This document shows positions 10,231-20,668 of a stretch of 64,000 nt of DNA, piece by piece. Position numbers and translations under genes: made by a program. Source of the DNA: an uncultured Chlamydiae bacterium (GTDB taxonomy: Bacteria; Chlamydiota; Chlamydiia; Chlamydiales; Parachlamydiaceae). Every line of letters begins with the position of its first letter. Position 1 is the stretch's first letter. The stretch lies in contig CAVWGN010000001.1 in the NCBI GenBank assembly GCA_963754655.1, forward strand, positions 1,152,001-1,216,000. Reading direction: 5' to 3'. The notes under the pieces were generated by a model. That model did no database searches, was not told where the DNA came from, and was given only the letters and a program-made list of their open reading frames with translations.

Positions 10231-11280
10231 TTATTTTTTTAAAACAATTTGACGCATTTTATCGCATCTTTTTAACAAGCGAATCCAACACTCTTTGAAA
10301 ACCCCATCTGCTTCAGCAATAGTCATCAAGCGCTCGCGGGAATCATCAGAGCGACTATCATAATATTTTTCTTGATGCTGGTATTCTTCGTGCTTCGCTT
10401 TGTCTTCATTAAAGCGCATTTGAAAGTATGTTTTTGATGCCAATGTTAAACCGGTCAATCCTGCCGTTACAGCAGGACCAATTGTTCCAATAGCCGTTGC
10501 AGTAGCCATGAAAACATCCGCTGCCATTTGACCCGCTAAAGCTCTAATAAATCCTGTAGTAGGGCCCAGAAGGCCAAATGACATCGCAGCCATCGTCACT
10601 CCACTGAGAAAGCCTGCAGCCATCATAAAGGTCTGAGCTTTCCCAAAATAGCTCGCAACTGTTTCATCTTTTGCCAAAATATCTTTAATTTCCTGCAGAA
10701 CTTTTTGCTGCAGCTTTTGAAAAGCAAGATATTTAGCAAACGTTCCCTCTGCAATATTGGCGCTTTCCTTTTCTAGCTCAATTTGAGCCTTAAAAATCAC
10801 ATACATAATGGATTCAATCGTACGCTCGCTCATCAGCGCTAAGCCTTCTGTTATTTGGCTCGGAGTTAACAGATTCTTGGTTGGTTTTTTTTGTAAAGGG
10901 AGAAACTGTCCTGCCTGTAGATCGGGTGGAATATGATCAGGCTGCTCTAATGTGGGGACAGGGCTAATGGGTTCTGGGTTCGCCATCTCCATCTTCTCAG
11001 ATGAAGCCGCTGAAAGCAGTTTAGAGGATGAAGTTTTCTCTGGTTCTGCCCACCAAGAAAGGATTTTATTCCAAAGACTCGGAGTTAATGCTTCCAATTC
11101 AATTGTTTGCGCTAATATCTCTTGGGAGGCTTGATTCAAATGGTCTTGATTGAAAACCTGAGGCAAGCCTAAGCTGGTTGTTAAGGGCTTATTTTCCTGA
11201 TCAAGCAGATCTGAAGAAGGAGTCTCCTTTTGCAGAGGCGCTTCCTCTAAGCGAACTTTTTCTAGTGGGTGAACATTCAT
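10231..11280 (-). CDS. Putative T3SS major translocator (CopB/YopB-like)
   Basis: Directly after the SycD chaperone; Pro-rich N-terminus, coiled coil and a long double hydrophobic segment. Start placed at the ATG of MNVHP. Confidence 0.6.
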   Translation of the reverse strand: MNVHPLEKVRLEEAPLQKETPSSDLLDQENKPLTTSLGLPQVFNQDHLNQASQEILAQTIELEALTPSLWNKILSWWAEPEKTSSSKLLSAASSEKMEMANPEPISPVPTLEQPDHIPPDLQAGQFLPLQKKPTKNLLTPSQITEGLALMSERTIESIMYVIFKAQIELEKESANIAEGTFAKYLAFQKLQQKVLQEIKDILAKDETVASYFGKAQTFMMAAGFLSGVTMAAMSFGLLGPTTGFIRALAGQMAADVFMATATAIGTIGPAVTAGLTGLTLASKTYFQMRFNEDKAKHEEYQHQEKYYDSRSDDSRERLMTIAEADGVFKECWIRLLKRCDKMRQIVLKK

Positions 11281-11296
11281 AACAAACCTCTGAAGA

Positions 11297-11770
11297 TTAT
11301 GGAGACCATTGATTGCGCATGAAGGCAACGTGTTGAAGAATTTGTCGATTGTGTGTTTTTTTTGCTATTAAACGCGCTGCTTCTAAAGCTTTTAAGCCTT
11401 CTTTGACTTGTTTGAGAGCAAAGTAACAATCTGCTACATGCACATAGAGATAAGCGTCAGGTGAATTCTGGCTCATTAAATGCGAACAAGATAAATAGCA
11501 GTTCAAAGCTTCTTCATAATCTTTTTGCATTTGTAGGCAAGCCCCAAACCCTTTCCAAAACTTTACTTCAGAAGGGCGTGCAATGACCAACAAACGAAAA
11601 AAATGACTTGCTTGTAAATAATGCTCACTACCGTAAAGCATGTAGGCGAGAGCATAAATTTCTTTGATTTGCTTTTCAGAAACCTGGCTACAGGGATTTT
11701 GCCCTCCTATCACTTGATGGACCCAATCTGAAACTTTGCTTTCAAAAAGACTTAATGTCTTCTCCATCAT
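11297..11770 (-). CDS. lcrH: SycD/LcrH-family class II T3SS chaperone (TPR)
   Basis: IYALAYMLY..Y.QA..FF.LL, FWKGFGACLQMQKDYEEALNCY and YVHVADCYFAL TPR pattern. Confidence 0.9.
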   Translation of the reverse strand: MMEKTLSLFESKVSDWVHQVIGGQNPCSQVSEKQIKEIYALAYMLYGSEHYLQASHFFRLLVIARPSEVKFWKGFGACLQMQKDYEEALNCYLSCSHLMSQNSPDAYLYVHVADCYFALKQVKEGLKALEAARLIAKKTHNRQILQHVAFMRNQWSP

Positions 11771-11772
11771 GT

Positions 11773-12309
11773 TTAGCCACCTCTTATGCCTGCAAGCATG
11801 GGTCGTTTGGCTTGATCTTCTTTCTTATCTATATCTTTAAGCATCATCATGATACGATCCATTTCTTTGACGTGAATTTCCATTTTTTGAGTTTGATTGC
11901 GGTTTTCTTTATCCCAACTATCACCCGACAAATGGAGATTCTCAAGTAAACGATCGCGTTCAATAGGGTTAAATTTCAACTGGCCATCTTTTATTTTAAC
12001 TCCTAATTCTCTTGCGAGTTGGAGTTTTTCTAGAAGTTCGGCGTTCTGGCTAATATCTAAACCATTTTTTTCATCTGTTAGGTTGTTGATTTCGGCGATA
12101 ATGTCATTGATGAGACGCATCTTATCTTGCCGTTGGTTAATTTCAGCGGCTAATAGATCAATCTTATCTTTCATATACGTGGCTTGCAAAGCATAGAATC
12201 GCAGCATCTCTGGAGTAAGCGCTGGATCAAACTGGTGAAGATTCCAGAAAAGTGGGTCTACTTTTTCCAATTCTTCTAATTTAACAGAGTTCAAGGTATC
12301 ATCTGACAT
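11773..12309 (-). CDS. Helical hypothetical protein, first gene of the T3SS translocator operon
   Basis: GGAG Shine-Dalgarno; 2-nt gap to lcrH; coiled-coil character. Confidence 0.7.
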   Translation of the reverse strand: MSDDTLNSVKLEELEKVDPLFWNLHQFDPALTPEMLRFYALQATYMKDKIDLLAAEINQRQDKMRLINDIIAEINNLTDEKNGLDISQNAELLEKLQLARELGVKIKDGQLKFNPIERDRLLENLHLSGDSWDKENRNQTQKMEIHVKEMDRIMMMLKDIDKKEDQAKRPMLAGIRGG

Positions 12310-12422
12310 AACAGAAGCTCCTCTTTTTATTGTTTATATGATGATATAAACGAGAATTAATTCACATGATAGCAAATGGTGGTGATTATGTAAACAGCTT
12401 GACAAAACTAAAAGAGTTGTGT

Positions 12423-14855
12423 CTATTTATTAGAAGGGTTGATTCCTTGATTTTTAGAGTCTGGAGGCTGTAAATGAGTATTCAAACCTTTCAGTTTATT
12501 AGTGGTGACATTTAAATTGGTCAAAGTTTTACTAAATAGGTGTTTAGATGCTTGAGAAGAGGGCGTGGTCAAGCCTTTTTGAAATTTGCCTCTAGAGTAA
12601 GAGAGAGATTCTTCTAGGATAGCAGATCCCACAAAAGGATTTAAAATAGTCAGTTCATTGGCAGCTTGATTAAGTTCTTGAACAGTCTTATGAAACTGAT
12701 GAATGGCTTCGCTTGTGTGTTTAGCTGTTCGACTCAATAGAGCAATCGCTTCATTGATTTGTTCTGCACCTGTTGATTGCGTTTGCATGCCTTGATTGAC
12801 TAGCTCAAGTCGAGAAGTAAAGGCTTGAACTTGTTCAATAATAGTGGCGAGTTGCTCACTTACTGTGCGAACTTGTTCTACACCGTTACGGATTTCTTGA
12901 GTAAAGTCATCGACTGCCATGACGCTAGATGAGATAGCGGTCATGATGTCATTGACCATTTTTTCAATATCTAATGTTGCAATGGCCGTTTGATCGGCAA
13001 GTCGTCGAATTTCGCGGGCAATGACAGCAAAGCTACGCCCATATTCACCAGCTTTTTCCGCTTCAATAGAGGCATTAAGGGAGAGTAAATTTGTTTGATC
13101 AGCGACTTTTGTAATTGTTGTAATGACACTTGTAATATTGCTTGCTTTTTCGCTGAGAATCGCAAGTTTAGCTGTAATAGTGGTAGAGGCATCTACCATG
13201 TTGTGCATGATGGATTCCATGTGGCTAAGGGAATCTTTTCCTCTTAAGGCTAAGTCAGAGGTCTGTTCAGCCGTTTGACTCACTTCATTCATCGTAAGTG
13301 CAAATTCTTTGGCGTTAGAAGAAATTTCATTGGCAGCAACTGCAATTTCATGTGTTGTGGATTCTTGTTCCACGACCACAGTTTCTTGTTCTTTAGAGGC
13401 TGCAGCAATTTCAGAGGCTGACGTCGTAAGTGTCATGCCAATTTGTTGAAGATGACCAATAATGGTTTCGAAGGTTTCAGCCATTTTGTTAAAGGATAGA
13501 GCCACTTGATCAAAATCACTATCTCTTTGGTGAATTTGAATACGTGTTGTTAAATTCCCATTAGCCAGAGCAGAAATTGCATCAACTAGCTCGTAAAGGT
13601 GATGGATAATCTCTTCTAGCTTTTGAGCCATACGATTGAAAGCTTGAGTCTGGCGGCCGATTTCATCTTGATAATCCTCCGGAACGCGGACAGATAAATT
13701 GCCATTTGTAAAGCTATCGGTTGCTTGAGTAAGTTTCGTGAGACGGATAATGCCAGTATAAATCAGGCATAAACCTAAAAAGAAAGCAAAACATGTTAAG
13801 AGAACTGTGACTAGTAGAACAATCCAAAGGCGAAAAAGAATAAATTCTTTCTCTGTTTGAAAGACATGGGTAAGAGTTTGCAAACCGCTTTCCCATAATT
13901 GATAACCCCTTTGTAATACAGGTTCAACATCATCTTGAAATTCAGCAAGAGTAATAGTAGGAGAAGGTTTTGCTAATATATGCGTCCTAACAATTTGAGA
14001 GAGATGTTCAAGTGATTGGAGGTATGTAGTTAGCAAGTCCTCAATTTGTTTGTGTTCTGCATCAATAGCGTGAGCATGTACCTGTAGTCCACGCTTATAA
14101 TAGACAATATCTGAATCAATCAAATCAAGAAGCGAGGTTGCTCGATCGCGCGAAAGCTCTTTACTTGTACTGGTTAAAATCTTTTCGCAAATTAAAATCA
14201 TTTCCGCAACAGCCTCCTGAAGCGAAGGAAGTCTTAAAAAAATACTTTCAATAAAGACGTATTTATCAATTTGCTCAAAGTAACTGATGCCGACTCGATC
14301 GGCAAGATATTGAAATTGTGTCACCATATTATGCAAAAGAACTGTATGCATCGATTCATTATCGCGTGCGTTCAGATAGAAAAATTTGTCCAAAAGAATA
14401 TTCCATAATTCTTCAATATCAATGGGATTGACCTTATGCCAAAGAGAAGATTCATTTGTTAATTCGTGTTTATTTTTTGCAAAATTGGATTGTTCAGCCT
14501 CTTTTAATTTTTGCTGAACCTGTGCATTAAGTAATTCTATTTTTTCTAATTCAATTCGCTTATTATAATAACGCAGGGTAAGAAGGCGATGCTGTTGAAT
14601 TAAGTTAAACAAATCTTTCAAATCCGATTCTTCTTCTAATTCGTCTAACTGTTCATTGATTAAGCGAATATGATCAAGATGCGTCGTAATCCAGAAATAG
14701 GCAATGGGAAGCAAGGAGATGAAAAAAAGAAAACAAATAAAAATATAGATTTGAACATAAGAAAAGCGATTAATCATCCAATTGAATAACTTTTTCATTT
14801 CATCTATCACTTTTAGTTTAACGCTTGCAGGCTTTGAAGCAGTCCAAATACACAA
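12423..14855 (-). CDS. Methyl-accepting chemotaxis-like protein (2 TM, 2 HAMP, MCP signalling domain)
   Basis: VADQTNLLSLNASIEAEKAGEYGRSFAVIAREIRRLADQT signalling hairpin; HAMP motifs DEIG...FNRMA and FNKMA. True start may be ATG 14798. Confidence 0.93.
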   Translation of the reverse strand: MCIWTASKPASVKLKVIDEMKKLFNWMINRFSYVQIYIFICFLFFISLLPIAYFWITTHLDHIRLINEQLDELEEESDLKDLFNLIQQHRLLTLRYYNKRIELEKIELLNAQVQQKLKEAEQSNFAKNKHELTNESSLWHKVNPIDIEELWNILLDKFFYLNARDNESMHTVLLHNMVTQFQYLADRVGISYFEQIDKYVFIESIFLRLPSLQEAVAEMILICEKILTSTSKELSRDRATSLLDLIDSDIVYYKRGLQVHAHAIDAEHKQIEDLLTTYLQSLEHLSQIVRTHILAKPSPTITLAEFQDDVEPVLQRGYQLWESGLQTLTHVFQTEKEFILFRLWIVLLVTVLLTCFAFFLGLCLIYTGIIRLTKLTQATDSFTNGNLSVRVPEDYQDEIGRQTQAFNRMAQKLEEIIHHLYELVDAISALANGNLTTRIQIHQRDSDFDQVALSFNKMAETFETIIGHLQQIGMTLTTSASEIAAASKEQETVVVEQESTTHEIAVAANEISSNAKEFALTMNEVSQTAEQTSDLALRGKDSLSHMESIMHNMVDASTTITAKLAILSEKASNITSVITTITKVADQTNLLSLNASIEAEKAGEYGRSFAVIAREIRRLADQTAIATLDIEKMVNDIMTAISSSVMAVDDFTQEIRNGVEQVRTVSEQLATIIEQVQAFTSRLELVNQGMQTQSTGAEQINEAIALLSRTAKHTSEAIHQFHKTVQELNQAANELTILNPFVGSAILEESLSYSRGKFQKGLTTPSSQASKHLFSKTLTNLNVTTNKLKGLNTHLQPPDSKNQGINPSNK

Positions 14856-15157
14856 AACTAATGTGGTTGAGTCTAGTACTCAACCAGTACGAGCTCATAT
14901 TTTAAATAAATGTTTTTTTACAAGAAATCAAGCTTTGTTTTGTTCAATGAAAAATTAAAGGAATAGGTATTTTAATCAAGCAAAAGGTTATACAATTAAT
15001 GATTTGATTGATTCATTTGCTTGTTGCTATCCCCTTAATATTTAGGCTTTTTGACACGAGAAATTTTGCATTAATTATCTTATTTTAGTATCCTATTTTT
15101 TTTATCTATTTTTGATGTTATAAATGTTGAAATCTACTCGTTTTTAAGGTATTAATC

Positions 15158-16156
15158 ATGTCCAAAAGTTTTATTGAATCTTCCCTTGGCGAACAGGACT
15201 TGCCTTTTGAAATTCCTTTACGCCCTCAGTCTTTAGACGATTTTGTAGGTCAAGATGCGATTCGAGATCGCTTAGAGGTTGTAATCGGGGCAGCTAAGCA
15301 AAGAGGGGAGTCATTAGGTCATTGCCTTTTTAGCGGCCCTCCAGGGCTGGGAAAAACGACTTTGGCGAATATTTTAGCTAAAGCCATGGGAACTAATCTT
15401 ATTGTAACGTCGGGTCCGGTTATTGAGAAGGCGGGAGATTTAGCTGGAATTCTAACAAGCCTGCAAGTAGGAGATGTACTTTTTATTGATGAAATTCATC
15501 GCTTAAATCGCGTTGTGGAAGAGTATCTTTATCAAGCTATGGAAGATTTTGCGTTGGATTTAATGATAGACAATGGGCCCAATGCGAGAAGCATTCAGGT
15601 GAAGTTGAATAAATTTACACTCGCAGGTGCCACGACACGGTTAGGGTTGTTATCTGAGCCATTACGTACACGATTTGCCTTTACATGTCGTCTAGATTAT
15701 TATGATGCCATGACTTTGGAAAAAATTATTCAGCGGACGGCGCGTATTTTAAATATAAGTTTAGATAAGGAAGCAGCTTTAGAAGTTGCGCGACGCTCAA
15801 GAGGAACTCCTCGTGTGGCCAATCATTTGTTACGATGGGTACGAGATTTTGCTCAAATGCGGACGAAAAACGTGATTGATTGGCATGTGGTAGATCGTGC
15901 TTTGCGTATGTTGTCCATTGATGAAAAGGGACTGGATGAGATGGATACTAAAATGTTGCAAGTCATGATTGAACACTATCAAGGTGGCCCGGTTGGCATT
16001 AATGCTATTGCTGCATCTATTGGAGAAGAACCGTCGACGATTGAGGAAGTTTATGAGCCTTATTTGATTATGCAAGGCTTCCTCAAACGTACTCCAAGAG
16101 GACGTGAGGTGACTCCTTTGGCTTACCAGCATTTGGGAAAAAATAGAGTTCGATGA
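15158..16156 (+). CDS. ruvB: Holliday junction branch migration helicase RuvB
   Basis: LRPQSLDDFVGQ, GPPGLGKTTLA, DEIHRL, RGTPR and RTPRGR motifs. Confidence 0.98.
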   Translation: MSKSFIESSLGEQDLPFEIPLRPQSLDDFVGQDAIRDRLEVVIGAAKQRGESLGHCLFSGPPGLGKTTLANILAKAMGTNLIVTSGPVIEKAGDLAGILTSLQVGDVLFIDEIHRLNRVVEEYLYQAMEDFALDLMIDNGPNARSIQVKLNKFTLAGATTRLGLLSEPLRTRFAFTCRLDYYDAMTLEKIIQRTARILNISLDKEAALEVARRSRGTPRVANHLLRWVRDFAQMRTKNVIDWHVVDRALRMLSIDEKGLDEMDTKMLQVMIEHYQGGPVGINAIAASIGEEPSTIEEVYEPYLIMQGFLKRTPRGREVTPLAYQHLGKNRVR

Positions 16157-16192
16157 AAAATTTTATGTAAGATTTCAACCAGGAGAAAGAAG

Positions 16193-17050
16193 ATGATACT
16201 CAGAATCCTTCTGCTATTCCTCGCTCTTTTGCCTTTTAGCTCTCCCTTGCAAGCAGGGGTGTGGGACAATGTGACAGGTTATTTCAAGGGAAGTAATCGA
16301 CCAGAACCCCCAACCATTCGCATTCTCATTTTACATGATGTGGAAGGTGCTAATTTGCAAATTCGCGGAAGATATAGTCTTTATGACCCCTATACAAATT
16401 CCCATATTAGCTCTCGTTTTGCAGGAAAAAGTCGATATATTCAAGCTGTTAGTGATGGCTTAAAATGGGGAGAATCATTTCCCGGTTTATACCAAATCAA
16501 AATTGAACCTGATGATGATTTAACTTTGACTACGATTAATGGCTATGATTATGAAGGATTAGTCTACATTTATGATATTGGAGGAACGATTAGTATCGTC
16601 AATCAAATTCCTATTGAAGACTATGTACGTTCTATTTTGTCTAACTATCAGAATCAAAACTTAGAGCCAGAAGTTTTGGCAGCATTAGCTATTGTTATTC
16701 GGACTAACGCTTATGTTCAGTCTACCAATCCCAAAAATACCTATTGGGCTGTAGAGGCTCAAAAAGTGGGCTTCCAAGGCCGTGTCCTTGGGAATTATGC
16801 GATTAATGATGCTGTCAAGCAGACGCGTTATATGATTATGAGCCATACAGGGGTTTACGAGGGAGTTGCGACTCCTTTTGCAGCACAATTTGGAAATTTG
16901 CCAACAACTCAAGTGGCTAAAGATTTGATTGTCTCTAAGATTACTTTAGAAGAAGCCAATGCGATGGCGCAACGAGGAGAGCATGCGGCTCAAATTTTGG
17001 CTAAAGCATTTACCGGAACTACCATCATGCTTATGCAATATGCAAAATAA
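16193..17050 (+). CDS. SpoIID/LytB-domain peptidoglycan-processing protein
   Basis: Signal peptide; IVNQIPIEDYV..L and EVLAALAIVIRT SpoIID motifs; chlamydial position between ruvB and glgX. Confidence 0.8.
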   Translation: MILRILLLFLALLPFSSPLQAGVWDNVTGYFKGSNRPEPPTIRILILHDVEGANLQIRGRYSLYDPYTNSHISSRFAGKSRYIQAVSDGLKWGESFPGLYQIKIEPDDDLTLTTINGYDYEGLVYIYDIGGTISIVNQIPIEDYVRSILSNYQNQNLEPEVLAALAIVIRTNAYVQSTNPKNTYWAVEAQKVGFQGRVLGNYAINDAVKQTRYMIMSHTGVYEGVATPFAAQFGNLPTTQVAKDLIVSKITLEEANAMAQRGEHAAQILAKAFTGTTIMLMQYAK

Positions 17051-17176
17051 GCTGAAAGAAAACGGTAGACATCTTTTTGTTAACCGTCTCTAAATGATTG
17101 TGGAGTATGTACCATTTAATAGGCATAGCCTACAATTGTTATAGAAGGAGGTCTTCCAAACATGTCTATGTTCAGA

Positions 17177-17260
17177 GCCTGAAAGGCTTCAAATAAAAAT
17201 GGCCCAGGACATCGTCCTGGGTTAGATTAGCCCTCGTCATGTAGTCTGAAGGACTATAAG
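17177..17260. repeat. REP-like palindromic element
   Basis: agcctgaaaggct, cccaggac..gtcctggg and agtctgaaggact hairpins. The first 30 bp recur at 62681-62711. Confidence 0.65.
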
Positions 17261-17334
17261 AGAATCATCTTACCCCACCTCGGGCTTTCAAGCAGCCCCA
17301 ATAGGTTAAAATTAATGTAATGGAGCAATAGCTA

Positions 17335-19371
17335 CTATAAAGGTATTGCCTTTAGCATGATAGCGCTATAGGAGTGTATGAGATAGGTGTTGGCTAAAAC
17401 TTTTTGACGATGCCCTTCATCAAAGAAATCTTCGGGTGGAGGATTATGTGTATTGACTACCCACACCCATTGCTTTCCTTGCTCAGCTGAAGGAAGAATA
17501 ATGTTTTGCGCACTGTGGGCAGCATTAAATGCGATATAAAGATCAGGACCTGTTTCTGAATTAAATGTAAAAGCGATAAAGCGATTATCATTGCCCCAAT
17601 CAGGATTAAGAGGGGTTAGACCATGCCAAGTAATGTCTTTATCTCCCATAAATTGATCTCTTCCTAATTGAGGATGTTCTTTGCGAAATTGGATAAGAGA
17701 TCGGAAAAAACGATAAAATCCAGGCCGAACATTTAATCGATTCCATAAAAACCAATTGAGCTCGTTGTCTTGACACCAAGTATTATTATTTCCATGCCTA
17801 GTATGGGCATATTCATCGCCCATTAAAACCATTGGAATTCCTTGCGATACCATCAAGGCTAAATGAAAATTGCGAATTTGACGTTCACGTAAATAAACAA
17901 TTTTCTTATTACTAGAATGCCCTTCCAATCCGCAATTCCAGCTTTCATTGTGATCAAATCCATCTCGATTGTTTTCGCCATTCTCTTCATTGTGCTTTTC
18001 ATTATAAGAAACAAGATCTGCTAAGCTAAATCCATCGTGTGCTGTAATAAAGTTTACACTGCATGTCGGACGCCTTCCCCGGCCATAAAGATCTTGCGAA
18101 CCGCAAAGAGCAGTTGCAAAAGGTGCTTTATGCCCTGATGTTCCCTTAATAAAACGTCTAACAACATCACGATAGCGTCCATTCCACTCTGACCAACGGT
18201 CTCCAGGATAAAATCCTCCAACTTGATAAAGACCCCCTGCGTCCCAGGCTTCGGCAATAAGTTTTGTTTGAGAAAGAATGGGATCTAAAGAAATTGCATC
18301 CACAATGGGAGCATTACTCAACGGAGCTCCATTTTCTGCTCGGGTCAAAATGGAAGCTAAATCAAATCGAAAACCATCCACGTGCATTTCCATGACCCAA
18401 TAGCGCAAGGATTCTAAAATGAGTTCACGGGTCCAAGGATGATTAGAATTAAATGTATTACCGGTTCCAGAAAAATTTAAATAGTTTCCTTGTTCATCTA
18501 TCATGTAATAGGCTCTAGAATTAAGACCGCGAAAAGAAAGGGTAGGGCCCATTTGGTTACCCTCAAACGTGTGATTGTATACGACATCTAGGATGACTTC
18601 TATGCCGTTCTTATGCAATTCCCGTACCATGGTTTTAAATTCAATCAAGGCCTGATCTTGAATAGATTGGCTGGCATAGCGGACCATAGGAGAAAAGAAA
18701 TTGACTGTAGAATAGCCAAAATAATTGAAAAGGCGTTGCTTGGTTTTGGGATTAAGTTGAAAGACCTCTTTTTCATTGAATTCTTGAATGGGCATAATTT
18801 CAATTGCATTAATTCCTAATTCCTTTAAATAGGGAATTTTTTCAATGACTCCTAAGTAACTACCAGGATGTTGGACTTGACTGGATGTATCGTGTGTAAA
18901 TCCCCGAATATGCATTTCATAAATAATCAAATTTTTGTTAGGAAGGCGAGGAAATTTGTCTTCTTGCCAATCAAAAGTCGAGTGAATAGTCACTTTGCCC
19001 AATGGGCAATAAGGCTCATTGGGACGACTTCCCCAAATGGGATGACTCGCCACTAACTTGGCATAAGGATCAAGTAAAAGATAAGAAGTTTCTTTAGAAG
19101 CGTCGGGAAAGACTCGATAGCCATAAAGGACATAAGGGGAAAGTCCTTTAAGACAAATATGCCAAACATCTCCTGTTTTATTGACCAGAGGATTTAAATC
19201 AATTTCCTTAAAAGGCTTCGACTCCTCACTTTCATCAAAAAAGCAAATCAAAAGCTTTTGAGCTTCTTTAGCAGCGATAGCAAAATTCATACCTTCTTGA
19301 AAGAGGCTCGCTCCAAAAGGATAGGGCTTTCCAGGAGAAATTTCTAAATTAGCTGTTGTTTGGTTGTCCAT
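17335..19371 (-). CDS. glgX: Glycogen debranching enzyme GlgX (GH13)
   Basis: LDVVYNHT, VDGFRFDLA, KLIAEAWD, NFITAHDGF and SWNCG motifs. Confidence 0.97.
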   Translation of the reverse strand: MDNQTTANLEISPGKPYPFGASLFQEGMNFAIAAKEAQKLLICFFDESEESKPFKEIDLNPLVNKTGDVWHICLKGLSPYVLYGYRVFPDASKETSYLLLDPYAKLVASHPIWGSRPNEPYCPLGKVTIHSTFDWQEDKFPRLPNKNLIIYEMHIRGFTHDTSSQVQHPGSYLGVIEKIPYLKELGINAIEIMPIQEFNEKEVFQLNPKTKQRLFNYFGYSTVNFFSPMVRYASQSIQDQALIEFKTMVRELHKNGIEVILDVVYNHTFEGNQMGPTLSFRGLNSRAYYMIDEQGNYLNFSGTGNTFNSNHPWTRELILESLRYWVMEMHVDGFRFDLASILTRAENGAPLSNAPIVDAISLDPILSQTKLIAEAWDAGGLYQVGGFYPGDRWSEWNGRYRDVVRRFIKGTSGHKAPFATALCGSQDLYGRGRRPTCSVNFITAHDGFSLADLVSYNEKHNEENGENNRDGFDHNESWNCGLEGHSSNKKIVYLRERQIRNFHLALMVSQGIPMVLMGDEYAHTRHGNNNTWCQDNELNWFLWNRLNVRPGFYRFFRSLIQFRKEHPQLGRDQFMGDKDITWHGLTPLNPDWGNDNRFIAFTFNSETGPDLYIAFNAAHSAQNIILPSAEQGKQWVWVVNTHNPPPEDFFDEGHRQKVLANTYLIHSYSAIMLKAIPL

Positions 19372-19914
19372 TCTTGTCTCTATTTGAATCCAAGTTGGAT
19401 TTTAAGTCGTTGATTATTAGATTTTAATGTTAAATCTTATTCTTTAAATTGGCTTTTTTTTTCCCTTTTAAAATTCATTTTCTCTTTACATATAGGGAAT
19501 GTGACTTTTCTTCAATGCCTAAGATTTCAAAAGGCAAAAATGGCGAGCAAAAGCTCATTTTGTCTAATTTTTAGTCCTTAATATTTCTTTTTTCTTTATC
19601 CACCCACACTTTTAATTGATTTTGTTTTGTCTGAGTTTCAGAAAATCCTTGTGTCTTGATTTTAAAAAAGTGTAAAATTGAAATATTGCAGTAAATGATT
19701 TGCTTCAAATTTTTGTTTATTTGTATAATAAGAAAAGAATGGAAAATAAAACAATTCATAGTCCCTAGTATCAAAAATTGGAGAGAAGGGGAATAGAGGC
19801 TGATTAAGCTTATTATTTCTTAGTCGGATTGTTTCGTGTGGATGGTGAGGAAATTGATTTACTTTTAAAGTGTATTCTAGCATCTTTAACTCGATTCAAT
19901 CGGATCTTCAAAGT

Positions 19915-19966
19915 TTCGATTGGAATTTGGTCTTTTATTGCAATAAAAGACCAAATTCCGATCGAA
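19915..19966. repeat. 52-bp near-perfect loopless palindrome upstream of slc1
   Basis: ggaatttggtcttttattg|caataaaagaccaaattcc is perfect over 38 bp and extends to 52 bp with one mismatch. Confidence 0.8.
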
Positions 19967-20048
19967 GAGAAAAGGAACAAAATCAAGTAACAATCGATAG
20001 ATAAACTCTTATTTAAAAAGTTTATCTCATCTTGGGGAGGTTATCATT

Positions 20049-20552
20049 ATGTCATTTGAAAATGCTAAAGAGAATCTTAAAGAATTTGGAAAAGAGCTTG
20101 GGCTCGAAGGATTAGAATTCGATGAGAATAATACATGTATTTTGGGAATAGACGATGAGTTTTCCCTACATTTAACTTACGAGCCTAATTCTAAACGTCT
20201 TTATTTATATTCTCCTCTTTTGGATGGTTTGCCACGCGATGATAAAACAAAACTTAAGCTTTACGAGCGCCTGCTAGAAGGATCTATGCTAGGCGGTCAG
20301 CTGGCCGGTGGTGGAGTTGGCGTTGCAGTGAAAGAAGAGCTAATTTTAATGCATTGCACATTGGACATGGAACATGCTGTGTCTTCTGCTTTGCGAGCAT
20401 TTGCTCCTCTATATGTCGAAACTGTTGAAAAATGGCGTAAAATTTGTAGTGAGATTTCAGAAGGTCGCGATGAGGCAAGCATGACTGCTAAGCCTACTCC
20501 TCATACAATGCCAGGTGGAGGTAAGCAAGGCCAAGGGTTTATCAAAATCTAA
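20049..20552 (+). CDS. slc1: CesT-family class I T3SS effector chaperone Slc1 (CT043 orthologue)
   Basis: FDENNTCIL, FSLHLTYE, LLDGLP and LYERLLEGSMLGGQLAGGGVGVA; GGAGG Shine-Dalgarno; synteny glgX-slc1-ssb. Confidence 0.92.
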   Translation: MSFENAKENLKEFGKELGLEGLEFDENNTCILGIDDEFSLHLTYEPNSKRLYLYSPLLDGLPRDDKTKLKLYERLLEGSMLGGQLAGGGVGVAVKEELILMHCTLDMEHAVSSALRAFAPLYVETVEKWRKICSEISEGRDEASMTAKPTPHTMPGGGKQGQGFIKI

Positions 20553-20562
20553 AAGCAAATTG

Positions 20563-20613
20563 AAAAAGGGCTTTTTTTCTGAAAAGGAGAAAAGTCTTTT
20601 TTAATTTTTTTTT
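20563..20613 (+). terminator. Probable intrinsic terminator after slc1
   Basis: Imperfect hairpin aaaaagggctttt...aaaagtcttttt followed by a T run. Confidence 0.45.
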
Positions 20614-20668
20614 ACGCTAAAAGACTTAAGCATTATAGATAGAAATGGGTTGGAATCAAATTATCTGT

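Noticed and set aside
19571..19883. Two short minus-strand ORFs in the glgX-slc1 gap
   Set aside because: Low-complexity AT-rich translations with no Shine-Dalgarno or motif; probably non-coding.
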